A DNA stretch of 64,000 nt from Methanobacteriota archaeon. GTDB taxonomy: Archaea; JAADCQ01; Methanopyri; Methanopyrales; Methanopyraceae. Shown piece by piece: positions 19,219-29,040 of this stretch. The stretch covers positions 1 to 64,000 of the forward strand of contig JAMOPO010000052.1 in the NCBI GenBank assembly GCA_027064425.1. Reading direction: 5' to 3'. Position 1 is the first letter of the stretch. Every line of letters starts with the position of its first letter. A program made the translations under genes and the position numbers. The notes under the pieces are model-generated. The model was not told the DNA's origin and searched no databases. It worked only from the letters and a program-made list of their open reading frames with translations.

Positions 19219-19416
19219 TCACGATCCCGCCGAGCTCTCCATGGCCCGTCGGACGACCTCGTCCGCCACCACGCTCATGGCCTGACTCCATCCGGACCCA
19301 ACCGTGTGCACGAACGTCCTCAATCCCATGGCGAACACGGCCACGGTCACGATGACCGCCATCAACAGTAGGGCCATCTCCAGAGATACCTGCCCCTTAC
19401 ACCCACCGGGACGCAC
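19219..19416 (-). CDS. Small pilin-like protein; start uncertain (GTG 19416)
   Basis: KG|QVSLEMALLLMAV matches the QxSxE pilin motif. Confidence 0.8.
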   Translation of the reverse strand: MRPGGCKGQVSLEMALLLMAVIVTVAVFAMGLRTFVHTVGSGWSQAMSVVADEVVRRAMESSAGS

Positions 19417-19642
19417 ACTCGGCGATCGCCCGGGCGGCAGAGCTCTCAGCGCTGCCAACGTCCACCAGCCCCTGACTCGTCGATCCTACGGACGAGGTGA
19501 AGTACCACGCAATGACGGCGGTCAGCCCGATGACGACGATCAGCATCAACAGCGCCTCCACACCCGTCTGACCGCGCTCACAGCTTCTTACTGTTAACGC
19601 TCTCAGCGAACCCCACGAGGCCCTGAGAGACCGTGGAACCAA
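19397..19642 (-). CDS. Small pilin-like protein; start uncertain
   Basis: RG|QTGVEALLMLIVVIGL. Confidence 0.75.
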   Translation of the reverse strand: MVPRSLRASWGSLRALTVRSCERGQTGVEALLMLIVVIGLTAVIAWYFTSSVGSTSQGLVDVGSAESSAARAIAECASRWV

Positions 19643-19772
19643 GGCTTCCGGCCCCCTGTCCCAGCTGCGAGGCCGCCGCGTACACGAAGTACCCTATGAC
19701 GGCGGCCAGCCCCACGAAGGCGGCGAGAATGAGCAGGTTCTCAACACCGCCCTGTCCCCTCACCCCCAGCAT
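19578..19772 (-). CDS. Small pilin
   Basis: RG|QGGVENLLILAAFVGL; similar to the 21825 and 22129 pilins. Confidence 0.82.
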   Translation of the reverse strand: MLGVRGQGGVENLLILAAFVGLAAVIGYFVYAAASQLGQGAGSLGSTVSQGLVGFAESVNSKKL

Positions 19773-20746
19773 TTCAGGACGCTCCCCCCGAGAAAGTACG
19801 TCACCGCGTAGCCCAGCGCGATCGCGGGGGCGAACGGTGTGGCGTGACCGACCCGGATCCTCCTCACCCCCAGCTCCTTTAACTTCTCGATGTCCCGCGC
19901 GGTGAGGCCCTCACCGGAAGGGACCACCTCCGGAACCGCCCGCCCAGTCACCAGCAGCAGCGCCGCCCTTAACCGCCCCACCTTCCTCACGCGATCGCCC
20001 ACCCGAACGACCACCTCTACCGGGATTTCACCCTCCCTCAGCTCATCCACATCCTTCTCTACGGAGGCCATCCGCGCGGTCGCCATCGTGAGACTCACCA
20101 ACAGCGCCACCGCCGCCCACCACAGCGGCGTCCAAGGGCCCAGGAGCAGCGCGTAGGCCCCCGCGAGCACCGGGCCGAGCAGGACGGCCCGGCCCAGCCC
20201 CCGGCGCCGCACCACCACCCACAGCCCCACCACGACCGGGAGCTCGATCACCGCCGCCTCCAGGGGCGGCAGCACCACCGACAGCGGTCCCACCGCGGCG
20301 TACAGGAGGAGCAGCTCGCAGGCTCCCCTGCCCACGGCCCGCAGGAACCTCACACCGCGCAGCTTCAGCGCTCGCGCGCTGAGGTAGCACAGCCCGAACG
20401 GCGCGTACAGGAGGATCGAGTTGACTAGAACGTCCAGCCCCCACCAGGGCGACCGGCCCCGATGTAGGAACATCGCCAGCGCGGGAAGCAGCTTCACGTC
20501 GCCACCGCCCATCACACCCGCCAGATGAAGGGCCAGCGCCGCGAGGAACGCGACGAGGCCGTCGAGCAGGGCCCAGCCCGTGAACCACCACCCGTTGAGC
20601 GCGCCCAGCGCCAGCGCGTAGGCCACGGCCGCCGCGTTGGCGGGCAGCGTCAGACGGTTCGGGACGAGCCCCGTCTTCAGGTCGGTGTACGCGGCCGCTC
20701 CGGCCACCACCAGTCCCGCCGAGAACCCAACCAGCTCCGCGTCCAA
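19760..20746 (-). CDS. eppA: Prepilin peptidase, family A24 (EppA-like)
   Basis: TDLKTGLVPN, MGGGDVKL (GxGD), PFAPAI; many TM helices; neighbouring substrates have +1 Gln. Confidence 0.85.
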   Translation of the reverse strand: MDAELVGFSAGLVVAGAAAYTDLKTGLVPNRLTLPANAAAVAYALALGALNGWWFTGWALLDGLVAFLAALALHLAGVMGGGDVKLLPALAMFLHRGRSPWWGLDVLVNSILLYAPFGLCYLSARALKLRGVRFLRAVGRGACELLLLYAAVGPLSVVLPPLEAAVIELPVVVGLWVVVRRRGLGRAVLLGPVLAGAYALLLGPWTPLWWAAVALLVSLTMATARMASVEKDVDELREGEIPVEVVVRVGDRVRKVGRLRAALLLVTGRAVPEVVPSGEGLTARDIEKLKELGVRRIRVGHATPFAPAIALGYAVTYFLGGSVLKCWG

Positions 20747-20750
20747 GCGA

Positions 20751-21800
20751 TCACACCCGAAGCACCTCGATCAACAGCGAGAGGCCCTTGAGCACGTCCC
20801 CCTCACTTAGCCGCTCCAACGCCTTCTTGGACAGCTCTCGCTGAGAGCTGACCCCCGCCGCGACGTCACCCTCCCCCAGCGTCTCCTCCTCCCGCATCTT
20901 CAGCCTGCGATGCAGCTTGCGCACGGCCCCGATGACCGTGGCGGACCTCAGCACGCGCTCTAGCTCCTGCGTGTATTCTTTCCCCAACTCCTCGTGGAGC
21001 CTGGAGCAGACCCGCAGCACTCGGTCCAGGTGACGCACGCTCTCGCTGCTGAGGTGCCCCAGCAGCAGCTCCCGATCCCCGATCTCCCGCACGAGCCGAG
21101 CGTGCAGCGACCACACCTTCGACATGACTCTCAACACGAGCCGCTCAACGTCCGTCAGCACCCCATCCTCACCGAACCTGCACCGGCGAAAGAGGCCCTC
21201 GGACCGCGCCTCCTCACCAACCTCCTTCAGCGCCTCGGAGAGCGGAAGCACCTCGAAGGAGCCGGCGATCGTCTCGAACACCCTCACCGCCCGGGACAGC
21301 GGCAGCTCGTTCCCGGCCCGAAGGACCACCAGGTCGTACCTGTCCGCCCGCTCCACGACCCGCTTGACGCACTCGCCGTCGTGCACGTCGCACGTGATGG
21401 GAACCTCCGTCACGCCGTCGATCTTCAACACGCCACCCTTCGAGTAGAACCCCGTTGAGTCCACGTCGATCACGTCCGACAGGGCGCGGAGGTGCTTGCG
21501 TCCCATAGCCAAGTAAGGGGCCCTGAACGCGTCCCCCAGGCAGCCGCTCGTAGCGCGCGCGTGGTCCAACAAGTCCTCCTTCGGGACGAACGAGGCGGGC
21601 ACGTCGGATACCACGGGGCAGTGGACCTCGCCGGAGAACTTCTCCAGCTCGTCCCTAACTTTCCTCAAAGTAATGTAGTCCGAAAATAACGTGACGCCGT
21701 TGATATCTGCCAGCTCACCGAGCACCTGGCGCGGTAATTCGCCGAACCCATCCACGGTCAAAACAAAAACTGTCAAGGTGCGGGGGGCCCAGGGCGTCAC
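20751..21800 (-). CDS. Hypothetical protein; N-terminal half resembles a degenerate NodB/CE4 deacetylase
   Basis: LTVDG, FRAPY, DST, EVPIT in CE4-like spacing; metal-binding His residues not evident. Confidence 0.5.
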   Translation of the reverse strand: MTPWAPRTLTVFVLTVDGFGELPRQVLGELADINGVTLFSDYITLRKVRDELEKFSGEVHCPVVSDVPASFVPKEDLLDHARATSGCLGDAFRAPYLAMGRKHLRALSDVIDVDSTGFYSKGGVLKIDGVTEVPITCDVHDGECVKRVVERADRYDLVVLRAGNELPLSRAVRVFETIAGSFEVLPLSEALKEVGEEARSEGLFRRCRFGEDGVLTDVERLVLRVMSKVWSLHARLVREIGDRELLLGHLSSESVRHLDRVLRVCSRLHEELGKEYTQELERVLRSATVIGAVRKLHRRLKMREEETLGEGDVAAGVSSQRELSKKALERLSEGDVLKGLSLLIEVLRV

Positions 21801-21824
21801 TGGGCCTGCGGTCGCCGCTCTCGC

Positions 21825-22061
21825 TTACCCTCCGCCTCCTCCTGGCTGGTACTGGTTCCACGCCTGGGTGCCTGCCTGCGACGCCTTAGTCGCGGCCTGG
21901 GATGCAGCACCTGACGCGCTCTGACCGGCACCGCTGTACGACGTCAGGAAGTAGTAAGCCACTACTGCCGCGAGACCGATCAGCGCCGCTAGCAGGAGCA
22001 GGTACTCGATACCACCCTGACCGCGCTCCTCCTTGAGCAGCTCCTTGATCCGGGCCAGCAT
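21825..22061 (-). CDS. Candidate major pilin
   Basis: KEERG|QGGIEYLLLLAALIGLAAVVAYY; short A/S/Q/G-rich body; ATG with G-rich RBS and AT-rich upstream gap. Confidence 0.85.
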   Translation of the reverse strand: MLARIKELLKEERGQGGIEYLLLLAALIGLAAVVAYYFLTSYSGAGQSASGAASQAATKASQAGTQAWNQYQPGGGGG

Positions 22062-22128
22062 CTTCCCGCTCCCCCCGTGACTAGCCGTGTCGGGATCCCT
22101 TACAAAATCTTTTCTCTACCGCGTTTCC

Positions 22129-22323
22129 TCACGGCTTATAATACTGCCACATTTGGACGCCCTGAGAGGCCTTCGTCGCGGCTTGTTCAGCCTCTCCCGG
22201 TATCGGGTTGCCGGCCTGGAAGTACGACGTGATCACGTAGTAGGCCGCGATGGCCGCTATCCCGATAATCGCTGAGAGCAGGAGCAGGTACTCAACTCCG
22301 CCTTGGCCGCGCGATCCCAGCAT
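22129..22323 (-). CDS. Pilin paralogue
   Basis: RG|QGGVEYLLLLSAIIG...QAATKASQ; clearly similar to 21825-22061. Confidence 0.85.
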   Translation of the reverse strand: MLGSRGQGGVEYLLLLSAIIGIAAIAAYYVITSYFQAGNPIPGEAEQAATKASQGVQMWQYYKP

Positions 22324-23337
22324 TTAGGGCCCCCCACCAACCTGGGCGAGCAACGATGGGAAAACCGTTACGAGTCCCAGGTAGGCCATCGCGGACGCCG
22401 TGGAGATTCCGAAGGCGAACTTCAAACCCTCCCTCGGGTCGCCGTACCTGATGATCCCGATCGCGATCCCGGAGAGGAACCCGACCGTGGCGGGGTAAAT
22501 GACCATGTAGCGGGACAGGAGCTGGTACATGGGTAGGAGCGCGCCCATGGTCGTGGCACCTCCCGACTTGGCTCCGAGTCCCATCACGGCCCCGAGGGCG
22601 ACCCCGACCGGGATGGCGCAGATAACCCCTCCCATGCCCATCGTGAGGCAGGGCATGGTGGTCACGGCCTGGCGCTCGAGCTCGATGCGGCGGACCTCTC
22701 GGATGTCGTTCTCCACGGCCTCGAGCACGTCGGCCAGGGTGCCCCCGCTGATTGAGATCCGCACGGTGAGCCGGATGGCGCGGCGGAGGATCTCGGAGTC
22801 GACGCGCTCGGCCATGTCGAGCATGGCCTCCTCGAACGTCTTGCCCATGTCCATCTCTCGCACGACGATGGAGAACTCCTCGGACAGGGCGCCGTAGTTG
22901 CTCTCAGCCACGCTCTTCACGACCTCGAACACGGAGGAGCCGGCGCGCAGCTCCTCCACCATCTGCCGGAGCGCGTCGGGCAGGTTCTCTTCGATCTCCT
23001 TGATCCTGGCGCGCTGGACGACCTGCGGGTAGAGGATCATCGAGGCGGGTAGCGCGATCGGGGCCAGCGCCAGCGGGTGGTGCAGGAGCTTGAGGAGCAC
23101 GAGTCCCAGGACCGCGGTCACGATGCCGTAGAGCACGACGGCGGCCATGTAAATCTCGTACGGGACGTCGACGTTCGTCACACGCAGGAGGTAGTCGCGG
23201 CGCTTCAGCTCGTCCAGGTCCATCCGCTGAACGATGATCCGGGCTATGGGGAAGGAGACGGGGGCCGCCAGCAGGGCCGCGATGCGGAAGAGTGGGCCGA
23301 AGGCCTTGAGCGCGTCCGGGCCGAGGCTCGGGAGCAT
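22324..23337 (-). CDS. Type II/IV secretion membrane platform (TadC/T2SS-F family)
   Basis: IEENLPDALRQM..ELRAG, YGALSEEF, several TM helices. Confidence 0.9.
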   Translation of the reverse strand: MLPSLGPDALKAFGPLFRIAALLAAPVSFPIARIIVQRMDLDELKRRDYLLRVTNVDVPYEIYMAAVVLYGIVTAVLGLVLLKLLHHPLALAPIALPASMILYPQVVQRARIKEIEENLPDALRQMVEELRAGSSVFEVVKSVAESNYGALSEEFSIVVREMDMGKTFEEAMLDMAERVDSEILRRAIRLTVRISISGGTLADVLEAVENDIREVRRIELERQAVTTMPCLTMGMGGVICAIPVGVALGAVMGLGAKSGGATTMGALLPMYQLLSRYMVIYPATVGFLSGIAIGIIRYGDPREGLKFAFGISTASAMAYLGLVTVFPSLLAQVGGGP

Positions 23338-23352
23338 CGTCGCCCCCGCCCG

Positions 23353-24687
23353 CTAGATCTTCGGCTCCATCGCCTTGAACATGTAGAGGAACGCCCCCGC
23401 CAGCATGCCCACCAGCATCGTGACCGCCAGCGCGAACTGGGCTGGCGGGAGCATGAGCGATCCGGACATGTTCGCGGCGATGATCCCGGCGACGAGGAAC
23501 ATCGTGGGCAGGACGATGGTGCACATGATGTACGGGAAGGCCATGGACTGGAGCCGGTGACCGTACTCTCGGTACTTCTGCCGGAGCTCGTGCGCGATCT
23601 CGTCCGCGAGCACCATTAGAGTTTTCGCGATGTTGGCACCCGACTCCATGGCCTGGAGGATGAAGCGGACCGCGGACCTTAGGCCCGGGATGTCCCACCG
23701 GTTGGCCAGCCGTCGGAGCGCCGCCTCGACCGGGGCGCCTCCGTGGATCTCGGCCACCACGCGCTCGAACTCCTCGGATAGGGCGCCGTAGTCTGACTCG
23801 GCGACGCTCTTCATGGACTCGATCAGGGACAGGCCGGCGGAGACCTCGGTGGCCATCTGTCGGATCGCGTACGGGAGCTGCCGGGCGATCTCGTCCTGGC
23901 GCTGCTTGATGCGGATCTGCAGGAAGAGGTTCGGAGCGGCGGCTCCCGAGATGAACCCCACGATCGGCGCCACCGCCTTGAGCAGCGTTGGGAAGGTCAG
24001 GAGGGCCGCGGCCGCCGTCAGTAGTGCGGCCGTGATCGTCGCTGAGAGCCCGATGAGCGATGCGAAGGCGGTCGGGGTGATACCCAGTCCGGCCTTGCGG
24101 AGCTGCTCACGGTTCGGGGCGAACGCTCGGAAGGCCGCGCCGATCCGGGCGGCCATGTCGGACTCCGTGATCGTCTGGATGACCTCCTCGATGGCACCCT
24201 TGCGCTGGGCCTGCAGCCGCCTCAGCCGCTCCTCGAGCTCTCGGGCCTCGCGGTCCCGAGCGGTCTCCGCCTCCTCTTCCTCCTCGGTCTTGAGCACCAG
24301 CTGCTTGATCCGCTCAACGTCCTCGGCGGTTCCGGGTCCTCCGGCGTGGCGCATGGCGCGTGCGCGCTCCGCGACGCTCTCGAACGGTAGGGCCCGGCCA
24401 CCTCCACCTGAGATGCTGCTCAGCGCCTCGGTCACGCGGGCCAGTGGGTTCCCCCCTCCGCCCTCACCTCCCCCGAGCCTGAGCGCGTCGGTCAGTCGCT
24501 CCACCAGGGAGGACAGCGATAGGGAGGCGCCGCCTCCCTCCCGGGTCGAGGTGATCCTGCTGACCTGATGCAGGGCGTACTCCACGTACAGGCCGATCTG
24601 TTCCACGACCCGGAGGCGCGCGGCCAGGAGCAGGACGATCAGGAACGCCGCGGCTGCGGCGAGGAGGAACTGCAGCAGGACGGGCAT
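23353..24687 (-). CDS. Type II/IV secretion membrane platform (TadB/C family)
   Basis: QLPYAIRQMATEVSAG, YGALSEEF, several TM helices. Confidence 0.9.
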   Translation of the reverse strand: MPVLLQFLLAAAAAFLIVLLLAARLRVVEQIGLYVEYALHQVSRITSTREGGGASLSLSSLVERLTDALRLGGGEGGGGNPLARVTEALSSISGGGGRALPFESVAERARAMRHAGGPGTAEDVERIKQLVLKTEEEEEAETARDREARELEERLRRLQAQRKGAIEEVIQTITESDMAARIGAAFRAFAPNREQLRKAGLGITPTAFASLIGLSATITAALLTAAAALLTFPTLLKAVAPIVGFISGAAAPNLFLQIRIKQRQDEIARQLPYAIRQMATEVSAGLSLIESMKSVAESDYGALSEEFERVVAEIHGGAPVEAALRRLANRWDIPGLRSAVRFILQAMESGANIAKTLMVLADEIAHELRQKYREYGHRLQSMAFPYIMCTIVLPTMFLVAGIIAANMSGSLMLPPAQFALAVTMLVGMLAGAFLYMFKAMEPKI

Positions 24688-24688
24688 T

Positions 24689-26485
24689 CTACGTGTACCC
24701 CGAGATGCCCACCTTCTGCAGCACCTCCTCCCGGTTCTTGTAGAACTCGTGGATGAACTCGCCGACCTCCTTGACGTGCCGGATGTTGTTGTCGACCATG
24801 TACTTGAGGATCTGCTTCCTGATCTCCACCTCCTGCATGATCTCGTCCATGCTCATGCCGGTCTTCTCCTGAATCTTCTTGAAAACCATGCTAGGCACGT
24901 CCGTGCTCTCGACCTTGTCCGTCTCCGGCTTCCACTCGAACACGGTGTTCAGCTGGACCGTGTCGCCCTCCATGCCCGCGATCTCTGCGATCTCGGTCAC
25001 GCGGCGGATCGAGCCCGAGCCGCGCTGGATGAAGCGCTGCTGCATGACGATGATGTCGAGGGCCGGGATCATGATCTTCGGCACGTTCATAGGCTCGTTC
25101 GTGAGCCGGGTGATCGTCTCGCGGGCCGTGTTCGCGTGCAGCGTGCCCATGCACCCGTCGTGACCCGTGTTCATGGCGGTGAACAGGGTCCGAGCCTCGG
25201 GACCGCGGACCTCACCCACGATGATCCGGTCGGGCCGCTGGCGCAGGGTGTTCTTGACGAGGTCGTCCATCGTGACCTCGCCCTTCCCTTCCACGTTCGG
25301 CGGCTTGGTGGTGAGCCGCACCCAGTGCTCGTGGGGCAGCTGGAGCTCGAGCGTGTCCTCGATCGTGATGATCCGCTCCTCGGGCGGGATGAAGATGCAC
25401 AGGCAGTTCAGCGTGGTCGTCTTGCCGCTGCTCGTACCGCCCGCGATCAGGATGTTCGCGCCGTGCTCGACGGCGAGCCACAGGTAGGCGGCCGCCTCGT
25501 AGCTGAGCGTCCCGAACTTGATGATGTCCGTGATCGTGAGCGGATCCTCCCGGAACTTTCGGATCGTGATCGTGGGCCCGTCCGGGCTCACGGGCGGGAT
25601 CGTCGCGTTCACGCGGCTGCCGTCCGGCAGGTGCGCGTCCAGCAGCGGGTTCTCCCGGTCGATCCGCCGGCCCGACTCCCTCGAGATCCGCTCGATCACG
25701 GTCCGGGCCGCGCGCGAGGGGATCTTGAAGTTGCACAGGCACATGCCGTGGTCGCGGTCGTACACGTACACGAAGCACTCGCGCGCCTGCCCGCTCAGAA
25801 CGACCTGAGGCACGACCATGATCTCCTCCAGGTTATCGTCCTTGAGCAGCGGGTGGATCTGCTTGTAGCCCACCATCTCGTACACCAGGAGCTGCTTCAG
25901 GTCCTCCTCGATGACCTCCAGCTCCGGGTACTCGTCCAGGACGTTGTCGAAGACCTCCTCAACCTCCTCCTTGAACGCCTTCTCGCGCTCCTCCAGGTTC
26001 GGGTACTCGGTCGGGTCGAAGTCAATGTTCATGGACAGGATGTCCTTCACGTCGTCAAGCACGCGCTCGAACTCCTTGTCGTCGCGCGCGTAGCGGGGCG
26101 CGTTCGCCCCCAGCTTCTTGACGATCTTGTTGCGTAGGTTCTCGAGCTTGTAGTACCGGTTATAGTCCTTCGAGATGTAAATGGGAACGGGCTGATCCGG
26201 GTACTCGATGATCCGGCGCAGCTCGTCGTCGCACAGGACCTTGCCCTCTCCCTCCTCCGCCTTCTCGTGCTTCTCCAGAACCTTCTCCGCCTCCTCCGCC
26301 GGCAGGGGCTTGACCTTACTCTCCTCGGACTCACCCGCCTTCTGAGCCTCCGAGGGCTGGGCCTGAGCTGAGCCAGCCTCTCCCTTTCTCTCCTTCGGCT
26401 TCTCCTCCTCGCCCAGGATGTCCTTCAGGAAATCGTCGTCCTCGAGATCGCCCAGCAGGCCCTTAACGTCCCGCCGCTTGGCCAC
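24689..26485 (-). CDS. Pilus assembly ATPase (VirB11/TadA/CpaF family)
   Basis: [43 protein letters not shown]. Confidence 0.95.
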   Translation of the reverse strand: MAKRRDVKGLLGDLEDDDFLKDILGEEEKPKERKGEAGSAQAQPSEAQKAGESEESKVKPLPAEEAEKVLEKHEKAEEGEGKVLCDDELRRIIEYPDQPVPIYISKDYNRYYKLENLRNKIVKKLGANAPRYARDDKEFERVLDDVKDILSMNIDFDPTEYPNLEEREKAFKEEVEEVFDNVLDEYPELEVIEEDLKQLLVYEMVGYKQIHPLLKDDNLEEIMVVPQVVLSGQARECFVYVYDRDHGMCLCNFKIPSRAARTVIERISRESGRRIDRENPLLDAHLPDGSRVNATIPPVSPDGPTITIRKFREDPLTITDIIKFGTLSYEAAAYLWLAVEHGANILIAGGTSSGKTTTLNCLCIFIPPEERIITIEDTLELQLPHEHWVRLTTKPPNVEGKGEVTMDDLVKNTLRQRPDRIIVGEVRGPEARTLFTAMNTGHDGCMGTLHANTARETITRLTNEPMNVPKIMIPALDIIVMQQRFIQRGSGSIRRVTEIAEIAGMEGDTVQLNTVFEWKPETDKVESTDVPSMVFKKIQEKTGMSMDEIMQEVEIRKQILKYMVDNNIRHVKEVGEFIHEFYKNREEVLQKVGISGYT

Positions 26486-26497
26486 GGGCCGACACCC

Positions 26498-28303
26498 CTA
26501 CTCCAGGTCCTTGAGCAGGTCCTCGACCTCCTCCAGCTCGGAGTCCAGATCCGCCGTCTTTGCCTCCTCGTCGACTCCGGCCCCTTCCTCGACTTTAGCC
26601 GTTTCTTCAGCGGTGGCAGCCTCGCCGGCCTCGGACTCGCCTCCGGACTCGGCCACTTCCTCCACCTCTCCCTCCTCGCCGCCCTCCATGAGCTCCTCCA
26701 TCGCCGTGGCCTCGGCCAGGATCGAGGACTGGAACGTGCCCAGGAACTTCACGTCGGAGAACTCGATGCCCTCGCGTCGTAGGTTCTGGATGAACTGCGT
26801 CGGGGAGAGACCCTCCAGGTCCACGTACACGTCGTCCCCGACGCGGACCGCGCTCCGGACGCCGGGGATGTTCTCGATCCTGTCGGCCTCGTCGCCGGCT
26901 CCCTTGACGAGCACGGTCGTGACCTGGACCTCCGTCTCCTCCGATCCGAACTTGTCCAGGTCCGCCCCGTGCCGCTGCAGCGTTAGCACGATGTGCCGGC
27001 GGAGCGCCTTCTCCACGATCTCCGCGTCGATGACGTCCTTGCCCTCCTGGATGCGGATCGCCTGGGCGATTTGCGCCACGTCGCGCGCGTAAGCGAACGT
27101 TGGCTTGAGACCCCATCCACCCTTCTCCTTCGGCAGGAACGCCTTCCGGTACGTCTCGATGGCGTCCTCCGTGTACTTCTCCCCCATCTCCTCCAGCCGC
27201 TTCCGGAAGAGGTCGACGGCGTCCTCGAGCGGCGGGTGCGTGAGGTGGACGAACAGCGGGGCTCGTCGCAGGTGCGCCTCGTCGAACACGGTGATCGGCA
27301 GGTTGGTCGAGAACGCCGCGATGAAGTCGCAGTAGACCTCCACCGCCGTGCCCGCGACGTGGATGATGTCCTTCTTGTTCTCCATCGGCACGATCAGCCG
27401 GTTCAGGATCGCGATGTGCGAGTCCCGCTGCCGGCCCACGTCGTCCACCAGGAACACGCCACCGTGCGCCTTCACGTGCGGCGGGACCTCGTACACGCCC
27501 TTCTCCGCGTCGTACCGACCCTGCAGGTCGTCCAGCGTCAGCTCGGCGCCCGTGAACACGAACGGGGCGTGGATCTTCACCCAGCGCTCGTCCTCCGGCT
27601 GCTCCCGGCGCGGGCGCGGGTCGTGGAAGTCCGGGTCGTACAGCTGCAGGACGCTGCCCGCCACGTACACGGCCTTCGGGATGACGATCGGCGGCAGGAG
27701 CTTCGCCATCCTGCTCAGCGTGAACGTCTTACCCGTGCCGGGCGGTCCGTACACGATCAGACCGCGACCCGAGGTCGCCGCGATCCGGTAGACCCGCTTC
27801 GCCTCCTCCGCGCCGATCACGTCGTGGAACGCGTACTCGACCACCTCCTCCGGGATCTCGATCGGGTAGCGACCCTCCACCTGCTCGCCGACGATCTCCT
27901 TGTAATCCTCGTACGGAACCGGGCAGACGCCGATGTACGGGTCCTCCTTCATGATGTTCTCGGCCAGATCGCGCCCCTTCGGAGTCACGTCAAAGGTGGT
28001 GTTCTGGAACATCGGGCCGCCACCGGTGTGACCGACCAGTTTCCGGTCCTCCAGCTCGCCCACGATCTCCTCCAGGATGGGGACCGGAATGCGCGTGACC
28101 TCGTAGATCTCCCGGCCCGTGAGCGGGCCCCGGTCCGCGATGACCTTGAGCACGAGGTTCTCCACGTACTCCTCCGGCAGCCCGAGGTCATCGATGGACT
28201 CGGGCTTACGGAGCGACTCCACCAGCTCCACGATCTCAGGCTGGTTGTAATACTCCTCTACCGCCTCGAGCACCTCGCGGGGCAGCCCCTCCTCCTCGGA
28301 CAA
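26498..28303 (-). CDS. AAA+ ATPase with N-terminal winged-helix-like segment and acidic tail
   Basis: GPPGTGKT, FLVDDVGRQ, FSTN, DEAHLRR. Confidence 0.85.
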   Translation of the reverse strand: MSEEEGLPREVLEAVEEYYNQPEIVELVESLRKPESIDDLGLPEEYVENLVLKVIADRGPLTGREIYEVTRIPVPILEEIVGELEDRKLVGHTGGGPMFQNTTFDVTPKGRDLAENIMKEDPYIGVCPVPYEDYKEIVGEQVEGRYPIEIPEEVVEYAFHDVIGAEEAKRVYRIAATSGRGLIVYGPPGTGKTFTLSRMAKLLPPIVIPKAVYVAGSVLQLYDPDFHDPRPRREQPEDERWVKIHAPFVFTGAELTLDDLQGRYDAEKGVYEVPPHVKAHGGVFLVDDVGRQRDSHIAILNRLIVPMENKKDIIHVAGTAVEVYCDFIAAFSTNLPITVFDEAHLRRAPLFVHLTHPPLEDAVDLFRKRLEEMGEKYTEDAIETYRKAFLPKEKGGWGLKPTFAYARDVAQIAQAIRIQEGKDVIDAEIVEKALRRHIVLTLQRHGADLDKFGSEETEVQVTTVLVKGAGDEADRIENIPGVRSAVRVGDDVYVDLEGLSPTQFIQNLRREGIEFSDVKFLGTFQSSILAEATAMEELMEGGEEGEVEEVAESGGESEAGEAATAEETAKVEEGAGVDEEAKTADLDSELEEVEDLLKDLE

Positions 28304-28309
28304 CGGCGC

Positions 28310-28915
28310 TCACCCCGGCGCCCTCAGAACCCAGTAACCAGCCCCTCTGGCCGCCACCTCCGCCGAGCCAAAGGTCTCCTCCATGAGCTTAAGCACGCGC
28401 TCGGCACCCATCTTGCGACGGACCACCAGCCAGAGCTCGCCATCATCCTCCAGATGCCCGGGCGCCTCCTCGATTATTTTGCTAACGATCTCCAGACCCT
28501 CCCGCACCGGCGGGTTGGATACGATCAGGTCGAACGACTCGCCCTCCACCGGCTCGTACAGGTCTCCCCTGCGCACCTCCACCACGTCTTCGACCCCGTT
28601 CAGCTCCACGTTCTTCCTCGCCAACCACACCGCCCTCGGGTTAATGTCCGTCATCACGACGCGGCCCTCGCCCATCTCCCGCGCCGCGACGATGCCCAGA
28701 ACCCCGTACCCGCAGCCGAGGTCCATCACGCTCTCGACCCGGTCGAACGGGGCGGTCTCCGCCAGCAGGTGCGTGCCCTTATCCACCCGCCGCCACGAGA
28801 ACACGCCCGGGGCGGTGAGGAACCGGTACTCCTTCCCCCTTATCCTCGCGATGATCATCCCCATCTCGTCCCGGGAGGGTCGACCGCGCCCGGAGTAAGG
28901 TGCCCGCACGCTCAC
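28310..28915 (-). CDS. Class I SAM-dependent methyltransferase (RsmC/MTS-like)
   Basis: PGVFS..VDKGT, DLGCGYG, SNPP. Confidence 0.9.
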   Translation of the reverse strand: MSVRAPYSGRGRPSRDEMGMIIARIRGKEYRFLTAPGVFSWRRVDKGTHLLAETAPFDRVESVMDLGCGYGVLGIVAAREMGEGRVVMTDINPRAVWLARKNVELNGVEDVVEVRRGDLYEPVEGESFDLIVSNPPVREGLEIVSKIIEEAPGHLEDDGELWLVVRRKMGAERVLKLMEETFGSAEVAARGAGYWVLRAPG

Positions 28916-29040
28916 TCACCCTCGGGCCGCGCGATTGTTTCCGTGCCATCCCACCTCGGCGGCGCAATAACGCTTCCCGCCGCTCGGGGCCGGGTCCCCC
29001 GGGTGAGCCGCGGGGCCGGGCCGGGACCTCCTCGACCCGG

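Noticed and set aside
28779-28949. ATG with a strong GAGGTG RBS (MARKQSRG...) overlapping the methyltransferase
   Set aside because: Out of frame with the methyltransferase and gives an unrecognisable 56-aa product; cannot be supported as a gene.
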